From Scenedesmus sp. PABB004 (lineage: Eukaryota): a stretch of DNA of 64,000 nt. The stretch is from assembly GCA_014905635.1 (NCBI GenBank), contig JABVCE010000009.1:372001-436000 (forward strand), read 5' to 3'. This document shows, piece after piece, positions 8,955-20,610 of the stretch (the stretch's first letter is position 1; each line of letters starts with the position of its first letter). The position numbers and the translations under genes were made by a program. The notes beneath the pieces are model-generated. The model made no database searches. It worked only from the letters and a program-made list of their open reading frames with translations, and had not been told where the DNA came from.

Positions 8955-10894
8955 ATGCTGCGGCCGTGCCGTGGCGCCGGCACGCCCTGGCGCGCCCCGG
9001 CGCCGAGCGGCGGTGTCGGCGTGGCGGCGGCGCGGCGCCCGCGGCGCGGCCCGCCGCCGGCGCGCGGCGCGGCGCCGGGCGGCGCCGGCGGCGAGCCCGG
9101 CCCCGACATCGACCAGCTCGCGGCGTTCCTGTCGGCCAAGGCGGTCGAGATGCGGGCGAGCATCGACGCGGACGACCTCGACCTCGGCGCCGCGGCGGCG
9201 GACGCGGCGGGCGACATGGGCGGCTTCATCCCGCAGGACTTTGCCATCGTCAAGACGCTCGGCCGCGTCGGGATGCAGGCGCGGCGCGCCGGCGCCGCGG
9301 CCCGCGTGCCACGCCGCGACGCGCGCCGACGCCGCGCACCGCACCGCCCGACAGGACGCCGCGAGCGAGCCGAGCAGCGGCTCCGCCACGCCCGGGCGCA
9401 GCCCGCCGCCGCTGGAGGTGCGCGGGCCGCAACGCGGCGCGCGCGCGGCGGGCGGGCCCGCACGCGCGCTCACCCGCGCGCTCACCCCCGCGGTCACACC
9501 CGCCGCCAGGCGCTGCCAAACATCATCGTCTATGCGGCGCGCTACAACAGCGGCCTCCCGTATGAGGGTGCGCGGCGCGGCGTGCGCCGCGCGTACCGTG
9601 TCTGCCCGCCCGCGCGCCCGCGCGCCACGCCCGCCCGCACCCGCACCGCCGCCGCGCGCGGCGACGTCGCAGGCCCCGTGACGGTGCAGCTTCGCGAGTA
9701 CCTGCCGGGCAGCCGGCGCGTCGCGGCGAACGAGCTCGCGGTGCAGCGCCGGCTGTGCGGCGACCTGCCGACGCAGAAGTGGCAGGTGCGCCGCGCGCGG
9801 GGCCTGCGCGCGGGGGAGGACCCGCTGCGCCGCTGGCAGTCGCGCCGCCGGCCGCGACGCCGGCGGCCGCGCCGCGCGCGCAGGCCGCCGCGGCGGAGCC
9901 CAGCCGCGACTTTCCCGTCGTGCGCCTGCTCGGCTACCTCGAAGCGCCGCCCAGCGATGAGGCGTTTGAGCTCACCGGTGCGCCGCGGCCCCGCCCCGGG
10001 GGCGCCGGGCCCCGTTGTGGCGCCCGCGCCGCGCCGCGCCGCGCCGCGCCGACGCCCGCCGACGCCCACGCTCGCGCTCGAGCGCAGACGACCCCGGCGA
10101 CACGCTCTGGCTGGTGTACAAGTTTGAGGCGCTGCGCCCGGTGAGCCTGCTGCTGCAGAGCATCGACCTGCCAGAGGAGCCGACCGGCCTGGGCAGCCTC
10201 TTCCTCAAAAAGTGAGCCACCAGACAGACAGCCCGGCGGGGCGGGCCAGCAGGGCCCCCGTCCACCTGCGCAGCCTGCGCCGACGCCGGCGCCGCCGCCG
10301 CCGCGGCGCACAGGGAGCAGGCCGTCGCCGCGGCGCTCGCGGCGCGGCACACGCTGCTGCGGGCAATCGCACGCGGTCTGCTGGAGGCGCTCAGCTTCTG
10401 CCACCAGGCCGGCGTCGCGCACTGCGGCATCGGGCCCGGCAGCGTCATGGTTAATACGTGGGAGGACCGCGAGGTCTCGCGGCTGCTCGTCAAGCTGGAC
10501 AACTTTGGGCTGGCCCGCATCTACGACCACCCGCTGGAGCTGCCGGGCGGCGGCGGCGGCGGCGGCAGCGGCAGCGCCGGCAGCGGCGACGGTGCGGGGA
10601 GCCCCCGTGGCGCGGCGGCGCCCGCGCGCGGGGCGGGGTGCGGGCGGCGCGCGCGGGCCCACGCGCCGCCGCCGCCGCCGCGCCGCCGCCCGCAGGCGCC
10701 GGCGCCGCGCTCGCGTCGGCGCAGGACAGCGACGCGGCGCAGCAGGCGCGCGAGGACCTGCAGGCCGCGGGGCTGCTGCTCGCGCAGGTGCTCATGGTCG
10801 GCACGGCGGCGGCGGGCGCGGAGGTGCCGAGCGTGCCCGCCCTCAAGCGCCTGCTGTTCGACGTCTTCCACGAAGACGTGGCGCTCTTCAAGGC

Positions 10895-10941
<47 letters not shown>

Positions 10942-11218
10942 TAGCGCACGCGGGCGCGGTCGGCGTTGCCACCCGTTTTTGTTACTGCGCAGTGCGAGAC
11001 GCGCAGCCGCCGCCGCGGCCGCGGCCGCTGCGGCGCCGCAGGAGTACTGCGTGCAGGACGAGGACAACCTGGGGGGCTTCGTGGAGCTCATGGACGAGCG
11101 CGGCGGCGCGGGCTGGGAGCTGCTGAGCGGCCTGCTGCGCGCCGCGGCGCCCGCCGGCGCGCTGCTCGCGGGCGCTCGCTTCCTCGCGCCCTCGGCCGCC
11201 GACGTGCCGGCCGAGTAG
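8955..11218 (+). CDS. Plastid-targeted protein kinase-like protein, probable pseudokinase (multi-exon)
   Basis: DFAIVKTLGRV, VVRLLGY, LWLVYKFE, ALSFCHQAGVAHCGIGPGSVMV, VKLDNFGLA, EDLQAAGLLL and GGAGWELLSGLL. Confidence 0.75.
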
Positions 11219-11533
11219 GCGAGGGGCGGTGAAACCGCAGTTGTTCGGGCAGAGCCGACGGGCGCGCGCGTCGCGCCCGCACCGCGCGCGCGTGCCCCCG
11301 GCGCCAAACCCTGCCGCCGCTGGCAGCGCGCCTGCCGCCTCCCTCCCCGAGAGCGCCAGCCCTCCACACACCCGCGCCCGCCGCGATCCCAGCCGCCGTC
11401 CCAGCGCACGGCCGCCGCGCGCGCCGCCGCCGGAGCGTCTGCTGCTGCTGCCGCCGACGCGGCCGCCCGCTCCCAGCCGCAGGCACAACAGCCCCGGGCG
11501 CGGCCGGTCGCAGGCGCGGCCACCCGCCGCGCC

Positions 11534-13741
11534 ATGCAGCTCGCGGGCGCGCAGCGGCAGCTGGGCGCCGCGCGCACAGGCCTGGCGCCGTCGCCGCGGG
11601 GCAGCAGCTTCTCGGGCCGCGCCGTCGTGCCGGTCGCATCGCCGGCCGTGTACGGGGGCCGGCCGGGCGGCAGGCGGCTGGTGGTGCAGGCGGTGAGCGG
11701 GGCGATCACCCAGCAATGCCGCGGCCCAGGCGCCCGGCGGGCGGGCCGGCGTCCATTGGCGTCCGGGCAGGAGGGAGCTGTCGGCCGGCGGCGGCGGCGG
11801 CAGCAGCAGCAGCGGCGGCAGCAGCGCCGGCAGCAGCGGCGCCCCGCCCACGCGCCGCCGCCGCCGCCCACCGCAGCGCAAGCTGTCGCATCTGCGCCGC
11901 AAGCTGTGGCGCGAGGCGGGGCCGCCGCCCGACCTCGCGACGCGGCTGTTCTCCGAGCGCATCATCTACCTGGTGCGGCGCTGCGGCCAGCGGCGGCCAG
12001 CAGCGGCCGGCGCAACGCAGGCAGCGCCGGCGCCGGCGGCTGCGCGCGCCAACGCCGCCCCCCTCCCCTCTCTCTCTCGCAGGGCATGCCGATCGACTCG
12101 TCGGTCGCGGAGCTGCTCACGGCGCAGCTGTTTGTGCTGGTGCAGGAGGCGCCCGACCCGATCTACTTTTACATCAACTCCACCGGCATCGCCGTGAGAC
12201 ACCCCGCGCGCAGCACGCCGCAGCACGCCGCCGCGGCCGCGCCGCCGCCGCACCCGCACCACCGTCCCCCCGCACTGCGCCAGGCCGCGGCCGCCAGGCC
12301 GCGGCCGCGCCGGAGGCCGCCGCAGCCGCGGCCGCCGCACACTCGCCGCCGCGGCCGCCGCGCACACCCCGCCGCCCCACCGCCTGAGCACCTGCCCCCG
12401 CCCGCCCGCCCGCCCGCCCGCCCGCCCGCCCGCCGCCGCCGCCCCCCGCGCCGCCGCCGTGCCCTGCGCCGCCGCGCAGAAGAGCAACTCCAAGTACGGC
12501 AACGAGCACGAGGCGATCGCGGTGTACCACATGATGCGCGGCGTGGAGAAGTTTTGCCCCATCTACACGCTCGCCATCGGCAATGCCTTTGGCGAGGCCG
12601 CGCTGCTCCTCGCCGCGGGCAGCAAGGCGCGGCGCGCGCGCGGGGCCCTCTGCGCGCGGCGGCGGGGCGCTGCGAGCCGGGCGCGGCGGCGCGGCGCGCG
12701 ACGCCCGCCGTCCGCCGCCGCCGCGGCGTTGGCGCGCAGGGCAAGCGCGCGGCGCTGCGCAGCGCGACTATGATGATCCGGCAGCCGCTGCAGCGCCTGA
12801 GCGGCATGCAGGCGAGCGACATCGACATCTATCGCCGCATCACGCGCGAAAAGACGGCCACCATGGTGCGCCGCCGCCCCACCGCCCCGCCGCCCCGCCG
12901 CCGCCAGGCCGGGCACTCGCACCGCGCGCGCCGCGCCCGCCTGCTGCTGCGGCGCGGCGCGGCGGCGGCGCGCCGCGGCGTTGCGTTTGTGTCGCGCGCT
13001 CGCGCCGCCGCTCGTGCGCGCCGGGGTCACCGCGCCCGCGCCCGCCGCCGCCGTGCGCGCCCGCTCGCGTGCTCGCGCCGCCGCTCGTGCGCGCGTGTCA
13101 CCGCGCCCGCGCGCGCCGCGCGCCGCGCGCCGCACCCCCGTGTGCGCCGCGGCAGGCCAAGTACCTCGCCGCGTCGACGGGGCGCGAGGAGGATCAGGTC
13201 ATGGCCGACTTTGCGCGCCCGCGCTACTTCAGCGCGTTTGAGGCGGCCGAGTACGGCCTCATAGACCAGGTGGGTGGATGGGTGGGCGGGCGGGCGTGGG
13301 TGTGGGTGGGTGGGTGGGTGGGTGTGCGTGGGTGTGCGTGGGTGTGCTGAGGGAGGGGGGCTGCGGCGGCAGCGGGGCGCGAGCGGGCGTGCGGCGGGCG
13401 CAAGAGGGGCTGCGCGCGGCGGGCGCTGACGCGGCGCTCGGGCGGGGCACAGGTGCTCGAGCCGAAGGACGGCAAGGTCATCTACAAGGACTGGGACGCG
13501 ATGGGCAGCGAGATCAGCAAGCTGGAGAACTTTGACGACGACGAGCAGCCGCTGCCGCAGAACGTGCGCGCGCGCCGCGGGGCCGGCGGCGGCGGCGGCG
13601 CCGCGCGGGGCCGCTGCGGCGGTGCGGTGCGCGGCGCGGGCGCCGGCACGCGCCGGCGACGCGTCCGCCCGCCCGCGCGCGCGCGTGCAGGTCATGTACC
13701 CCGGCACGAGCGACTACTGGCCCTCCGACGGCTCCAACTGA
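11534..13741 (+). CDS. clpR: Chloroplast Clp protease non-catalytic subunit ClpR (ClpR3/R4-like; multi-exon)
   Basis: PPPDLATRLFSERIIYLGMPIDSSVAELLTAQL, IYFYINSTG, IYTLAIGNAFGEAALLLAAG (no catalytic Ser), MQASDIDI and RPRYFSAFEAAEYGLIDQV. Confidence 0.9.
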
Positions 13742-14157
13742 CGGCGCGCGTGGCCGCCCGGCGCACCGCAACCCCCCGCGCCGCGGCGGGGCGCTGCGCG
13801 CGGGGGGGGGCCGAGCGGCGCGCGCCGGCGGTGAATGCGCGTGCCCGGATCTGACGCGCGGTGCGCCCGATCGTTATCTCCCGGCGCCAGGCGCCGCGCG
13901 ATCGCGCCCCGGCCCGCCGGCGGCCGCCCGCCGGCGGCGGCGGCACTTGCGCGCCGCACACACCGCCGCGGCGCAACGCCGCCCGGCGCGCCGCTGCCCC
14001 CCGCGCGCGGCGAGGCCGGCGACGCCACTCCCCCGCGCCCCTCCTCCTCATCGCACCCGCCGCCCGCGCCAGGGGAGTGCTTTTCGCGCTTGGCCGGGCA
14101 GCGAACGGCGCGGCGGGCGGCAGCGCGGCCGCCCGGAGGCGCGGGGTGCGCCCCTCC

Positions 14158-16268
14158 ATGAGCCTAGCGGAACCACCTATATCAGCGGCCGGCGCGGCGG
14201 GCTCGCTGATGTCGGGCGCCGCGGCGGATGCGCCGCGCGCCCAGAAGTCCACCGCGCCGACATGGAACCAGATAGCCAAGTCGCTGGTAGCGGGCGGCGT
14301 CGCGGGCGGCCTGTGAGCGAGCGCGCAGGGGCTGCGGGGGCCCGCGGCGCGCGGCGGCGCCGCGTATCCGCCGCCGACGCCGCTGCTGCCGTGATCGCAG
14401 CTCGCGCACCGCCGTGGCGCCGCTGGAGCGGCTGAAGATTCTCATGCAGGTGCAGGGCAATGACAAGATCTACAAGGGCGTCTGGCAGGTGCGCCCGGCG
14501 GCGCGGCGCGCGCCGGCGGCAGCGGCCGCGGGCGCGCCGGCGGCCGGCGCGCCGGCGCGGCGCGCCATTGGCCCGCGCCGGCCCGCGGCGCGGGGGCCCG
14601 TCCTGCGGCGCGGCGCGGCAGGCGCGGCGCCCGGCGGCGGCGCCCGACGGCGCGGCGCCGCCGCTCGGCCGGCGACAACCCTAGCTCGCCGCCGCGCCCG
14701 CGCGCCGCACGCCGCGCGTCGCCGAGCCGCGCGTCCGCCGCCGCCGCGCGGCCCGGCGCGCGCAGGGCCTCGTGCACATGGCGCGCACGGAGGGCATGCG
14801 GGGCATGATGAAGGGCAACTGGACCAACTGCGTGCGCATCATCCCCAACTCGGCGATGAAGTTTTTCACCTACGAGCAGCTCAGCAGGCGCGCAGCGGCG
14901 CGCGGCGAGCAGCGCGCGGTGCCGTGGCGGCGGCGGCGCCAGCTGGGGCGGCGGCAGCTGAGGGCGGCGGCAGGAGCGGCGGCTGCGGACGCGGCAGCAG
15001 CTGGGGCGGCGCGCCGACGCGGCCGCGCCGCCGCGCCGCCGCCGCGCTGCAGGCTCATCTCGGACCACCAGCTCGAGACGACCGGCAGCGCCGCGCTCAC
15101 GCCCGTGCTGCGGCTGCTCGCGGGCGCGGGCGCGGGCATCGTGGCGATGAGTGCGACGTACCCGCTCGACATGGTCCGCGGCCGCCTCACCGTGCAGGAG
15201 GGCCGCAACGTGCAGTACAAGGGCATCACCCACGCCGCGACCACCATCCTGCGCGAGGCGCGCGCCGCAGCGCGCGCGGGGGCAGAGCCGGCCGGCTGGC
15301 GGCGGGGGACGGCGACGGGGGCCGCGCCGGCGCCGCGCCGCCGCGCCGCTCCGGCTCCCGCCGACGCGTCCCGCGCCGCCGCGCGCAGGAGGGCCCGCTC
15401 GCGTTCTACAAGGGCTGGCTGCCGAGCGTGATCGGCGTCGTGCCGTACGTGGGGCTCAACTTCGCGGTGTACGAGACGCTCAAGGCGGGGCTGCTCACGA
15501 CCTACGGCCTGCGCGACGAGCGCGAGCTCAGCGTCGCAGCGCGCCTTGGCTGCGGCGCGGCGGCGGGCACGACGGGCCAGACGGTCGCGTACCCCTTTGA
15601 CGTCGCGCGGCGGCGGCTGCAGGTGCGTGCGCGTGCGTGCGCGCGTGCGTGCGTGCGCGTGCGTGCGCGCGTGCGTGCGTGCGCGTGCGTGCGCGCGCCG
15701 CGCGCGGGGACCGCGCGCACCGGAGCACCGCCCGCGCGGGCGCGCGCCCGCGCGACCGCTCGCGCGCGCCGCGGGCCCGCCCGCCGACCCGCCGCGCCCG
15801 CGCGCGCGCGTGGCGCGCGCGCGCTGCGGCGCAGGTGTCGGGCTGGCAGGGCGCGGCGGAGCTGCACAGCGACCACGGGCGCGTCGTCGCGTACCGGGCA
15901 TGACCGACTGCTTCGTGCGCACCGTGCGCGAGGAGGGCTTCGCCGCGCTCTTCAAGGCGCGCCGCCGCCGCCGCCGCCGCCGCCGCGGGGGCCGGCCGCG
16001 CCGGGGATGGCCCTGCCCCGCCCTGCCACTGCGACTGCGGCTGCCCTGCCAGCGCCGCTGCGCGCCTCCCTCGCTCACGCCCGCGCGCCCGCCGCGCGCC
16101 GCCCTCCCCGCCCCTCCCCTCCCTCCCCTGCCCGCCTCCCCGCCGCGCGTGGCGCCGCAGGGTCTGTGGCCCAACTACCTCAAGGTCGTCCCCTCCATCG
16201 CGATCGCGTTTGTGACGTACGAGCAGGTCAAGGAGCTGCTCGGCGTGGACTTCAGGATCAGCGAGTGA
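14158..16268 (+). CDS. ADNT1: Mitochondrial adenine nucleotide transporter ADNT1-like carrier (multi-exon; apparent 1-nt frameshift near 15896)
   Basis: [83 protein letters not shown] and PNYLKVVPSIAIAFVTYEQVKELLG. Confidence 0.9.
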
Positions 16269-16867
16269 ACCCTGAACCCTGGACCCGCGCGCACGCGCGC
16301 GCGCGCGTGGTGCGAGCCCGCGCGCGCGGCTCTGTCCGTGCCCCGTCCCGCGCGCTCCGCCCTCTCTCTCTCGCGCTTTCTTACGCTGCTCTGGCGGCCC
16401 GTTTCCCCCGGCGCGCGCGGGCCGCTCCTTTTGCGGCGGCGCGCCGCCGGCGCGTCGATTTCCTTTTGTTCCCTGGTCGAGTGACTGCCGCGCCGCCGGC
16501 CCGCCGGCGGCGCGGCGCAGCGGGGCGGGGGGCAGGCCCGGGTCGGCGGTGCAGCCACCGCGGCTGACCCCGGGGTGTTGCGGGCTCGAGAGACCTGGCG
16601 CGGCGGCGGGGCGCTGCGCTTATGTACGGCGCGGCGAGGCGCGCCCGCGTGACGCGCGCCGACGCGGCCCAGCGGCGCGGAGCTGCACCGCGGTTTTGCT
16701 GATCGATCGATCACGCCCTCGGCGGCGGTGCAACTGGCTGGCTCGCGGCGCCGCGGCCGCGCGCTCGCTCTCAGCCTGCATTGCTCGTGAGCATCTCACA
16801 GCTCAGCCAAGCGTCTCAGCTCGGCTCGCTCTCAGCAACGCTCCCCTCCCCCTCCTCACTCAGCGGC

Positions 16868-17446
16868 TCACAGCACCAGCAGCAGCGCAGCGCCCGCCGC
16901 GGCCAGGGCGAGCGAGGCCGCCGCGCCCGCGGCGCCCGCGCCGCTCGAGCCCACGCCCGGCGGCGGCACGAGCGGCGCAGCAGCCGGCGCGCCGCCGGCG
17001 CCCGCGCCGCCGGCGGACGCGCCCCGCGCGGCGCCGGTCGCGTTGGCGAGCGCCTGCGACGTGATGTTGAGCAGGCCCTGGCCCAGCGCGCCGAAGAAGC
17101 CCGTCGCGTTGGCGGCGGCGGTCGCGTTGCCGTCGCCGCGCGGCGCCGGCGCGGCCAGCGCGGGCGCGCTGCCGTTGGCAAAGGCGCCGGCTGTGAAGTT
17201 GCCGATCGGCCGCGTGAGGTTCGCCGCCGCCACGGCGTTCTGGGTCGCGTTGATCGCCTCCGCGACCAGCCCGCCCAGCGCCTGCGTGCCCTGCGCGATC
17301 AGGCCCTCCAGCGTCGCCGGCTGCTGCTGCGCCGCAGCCGGCGGCGGCTGCTGCTGCTGCAGCCCGCGCGCCGCCGCGCCGCCGGGCGCCGCGAACAGCA
17401 ACAGCATCGCCGCTGCCAGGAGGGGCGCCGCGAGCGGGCGCGCCAT
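16868..17446 (-). CDS. Small secreted, probably GPI-anchored Ala-rich glycoprotein (single exon)
   Basis: Signal peptide MARPLAAPLLAAAMLLLFAA, several NxT/S sequons, and C-terminal SSGA..ASLALAAAGAALLLVL. Confidence 0.7.
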   Translation of the reverse strand: MARPLAAPLLAAAMLLLFAAPGGAAARGLQQQQPPPAAAQQQPATLEGLIAQGTQALGGLVAEAINATQNAVAAANLTRPIGNFTAGAFANGSAPALAAPAPRGDGNATAAANATGFFGALGQGLLNITSQALANATGAARGASAGGAGAGGAPAAAPLVPPPGVGSSGAGAAGAAASLALAAAGAALLLVL

Positions 17447-17806
17447 TGCGGAGCGGGTGCGGCGGGGCCGCCGCTCACCGCTGCGGTCGGGCCTGCCGAG
17501 GAGCGTGCGGCGGCGTGAGCTGGCTGCTCGCGTCACCTGGTTGGCGCGCTGGATCGTGCGGCGTGTCGGCGATGGACCGCTCAGCGGGCTTTGAGCGCCG
17601 GGCGCGACCGGGGGCAGCTGCCGTCAGGTCCAGGCGGCGGCGCAGCTGAAGCGCAGCTGGCCGCCGCCCGTGTGAGACTGGCGCGGCCCGGCCGCTGTTT
17701 GATCGGCCATCAACACACTCACCTGCTCCTTGCCAGCCCCGCTGCGACCAGCCTGCGTCCTCACTCGGCGCCGCCGCTGCTCCTGCCAGCACTCCAGCTC
17801 CGTGCC

Positions 17807-18386
17807 ATGGCGTGCCGCAACGCGCTGTTCGGCCTGGCGCTGCTGGCGATGCTTGCGGTGGGCGCGAGGTGCGCGCGCGGGGGGATGCGCCGAGCCTGGC
17901 TCCGCGCCATGGCGCGGACCGCTGGCCAGCGGTGGCGCGGGGGACGCCGTGACCCGTCCGGCCCGACCGGGCGGCTTATCGGGGCCAGTCACAGCTCGCG
18001 CGAGCCGCAGGGGTGCTCGGGGGGCCACCAGGGTGGTCTGCCGCGCCGCTGCTCGCCGCCGCTCGCACGCGGGCCGCCACCGCACGCGCGGGCCGTTGCA
18101 GCTCGCGCCACCGCGCGTGCCGCCGTCTCGCGCCACGGCTGCTCGCAGGGCCGCGGCCGCGGCCGCCGACCAGGCGGCGATCCCGTCGGGCACCGGCCCC
18201 ACCACCTGCTGCACGTGTCGCTGCGTGATCCCCGCCAAGCAGCCCGTCCGCGCGCCGGGCATGCTCGGCGCCATCGGGCCCTCGTACGGGACGGTCAAGA
18301 AGTGTGTGAACGGCTTTGCCACCTCCTGCGACGCGGCGTGCCTCGTCAACAAGGGCACCTACACGCTGCTGCACGAGTGCAAGTGA
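17807..18386 (+). CDS. Small secreted Cys-rich protein, Kazal-like (2 exons: 17807-17868, 18149-18386)
   Basis: Signal peptide MACRNALFGLALLAMLAV and an in-frame GT-AG intron, then CCTCRC..QPV..CVNGFATSCDAAC..HECK. Confidence 0.65.
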
Positions 18387-18666
18387 AGCGGCGGCCGTCG
18401 CGCGCGCGGGCGGCAGGGGGGCATTCCCCGTGCGGGGCGGCGTCCTGTGACCCAGCTCCCTGCGTGCGTCGCCCGCGTGCGCCGACGTTCGGAGCCGCGA
18501 TCGCGCCCATGCGGGCGTGCAGTGCAGTCCCCCCCGCGGCCCGGCGCCGCCGCCGTCCCGGGCGCTGCACACGGCGCGCCGGGACGGCCGGGGGCGCGCG
18601 GCGCTCCGCTCCGCAGCTAGCCATGAAAAAAATCCCGGCCCCGCCCCACATCGCCAGCGCGCGCGC

Positions 18667-20122
18667 TCAGCGGCGCGGCGGGGGCGCCTGCCGCGCCTCG
18701 GCGGCGGGCTCCGGCCCCGCCGCGCCATCGGCGCCGCCGCCGCCGCCGCCATGCCCCGCCGCGGCGAGGAGCAGGCCGATGAAGGCCTCGTAGGCGGTGA
18801 AGGTGATCGCCGCGGCGGGCGCGGCCTTGACGAGGCTCGGCACGCTGCCCTTCCACAGCCCCGCGAGGCCCTCGCGCGCGTGGATGTCGGCGAGGCACGC
18901 GAGCAGCGGCGTCGCCGCGAGCGTGCGCTCGACGCGCGCGCCGTACCGCAGCGAGCGCGGCAGGCCCGCGACCTGGTAGCGCTTCTTCGCGACGTCGAGC
19001 GGGTGCGACCCGAGCTTGGCGAGCAGTCCCGCCGCGAGGCCGCACGCAAACGCCTGCAGCTTGCCGTCCCGCGGCCTGCCGTGCTGAGGCGCGCCGTCCC
19101 CGCGCGGCCTGCGCGCCGCGGCGGCGTCCCACGCGCGGTTTAGTGCATCGTAGAGCCCAAACTGCAGCGCCGCGTAGGGCATGATCTCAACCAGCGTCAC
19201 GCCGAGGCCGCGGTACAGCCCGGCCGGGCCGTGCTCGCCCACGATCGCGCGCGCGGCGCAGCGCATGCCCTTGTACACCTGTGCGGCGGCGCGCGGCGCG
19301 GGGGCAAGGGCAGGGGTGGGCCGGGGCAGGGGCGCCAAGGTCGGGCCGAGGCGGCGCGGCGCGGCGCGCAGCGGCGCGCGGCGGGCGCGCGCCTTGGGCT
19401 CGCCCTGCGCGGCCAGCGTGGTGCGCAGCAGGTCGAACGGGTACGACGCGACCGTGGCGGCCGCGCCCGCGAGCGCGCCGCTCGCGAACGACACGGCCGT
19501 GCTGCTGCGGCCGTCCCAGCCGAGGCGCGCAGCCGTCTCCTTGCACTGCTGCAGCGCTACAAACTGCACCGCGGTGTACGGAATCGTCAGCAGCAGCCCC
19601 GGCACCGTGCCCGTCCACAGGCCCTGCCGGGCGCGAGGCGCGGCGCGGGCGTCAGCGCGCGGCGCCGCTGGCAGCCGCCGCGCTGGGCAGCCGCCGCGCC
19701 GGCCGGGCGCCACTGAGCAGTCCTTGGCTCGCGGCCGCGCGCACCCGCAGGCCCTCCTCCGCCACGATGGTGCGGAAGGCGTTGACAAAGCCGGTGTAGT
19801 GCGAAGGAGCCTTGGCGCCGCCGGCGGCGCCGCCGCCGCGCCGCGCCGCCGCCGCGATCGGCTCGAGCTGCACCTGCGGCCGGCAGCGGCGCCGCGGCGC
19901 GCGCGCTCGGCCGCCGCCGTGCGTGCGCGCTGCTGCTGCCCGACTGTAGCGCGGCGCGCGCGCCTGGAAGCGGATCTTGACGACGTCCAGCGGGCCGACC
20001 ATGAAGCGGCTCACCGCGCCGGCGAGCGCGCCCGCCGCTGCGTCCAGCGCGACACGCCTGCGCGGCGGCGGGCCGCCACCGGCCTCCTCCCCCGCGCCGT
20101 CGGCGCTGGAGGGCACGTGCAT
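18667..20122 (-). CDS. TPC1: Mitochondrial thiamine diphosphate carrier (multi-exon)
   Basis: AGAVSRFMVGPLDVVKIRFQVQLEP, LWTGTVPGLLLTIPYTAVQF, SYPFDLLRTTLAAQGEPKVY and HPLDVAKKRYQVAGLPRSLRYGA. Confidence 0.9.
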
Positions 20123-20610
20123 GGCGGCGGCCGCGCCGGCTGCGCGCGCCGGCTGCGCGCCGGCCGCCGCCGCCGCCGCTGCGCTCCGCTGCGGCCGCCG
20201 GCCGCCGCCGACGGCGGTGCGCAGGCCTGGATCGCCGCGGCGCGGCGGCCCTGCCTCAGAGTGCTCGGTGAGCGTGCGGGAGCGGCCGCTGCCGCCTCGC
20301 CGTCGCGTCTTCGGCAGCAGCAGAGCAGCAGCGGCGGGCGGTGCCGCCGCGCCGCAGCCGCCTCCCCGCCGCGCTTCGCGTGAGTCAGCGGCGTCTCGGA
20401 AAGGTCGTGCCACACTGGGCCGAGTCTCGCCCAGCAAAACCCGTCACAACTCTTCTAACGCTGTCGCCGTCAGCCATCGCGGCGTGCCCCGGGCAGCGCC
20501 TCGCACATCCACGACACCTCGCACATCCACCACACCTGCCCTGACCAACCGGCGACTCGCAGCCAACTTACTCAACGCACAGCCCGCTGGCAGCAGCTCC
20601 CGCCTGCAAA

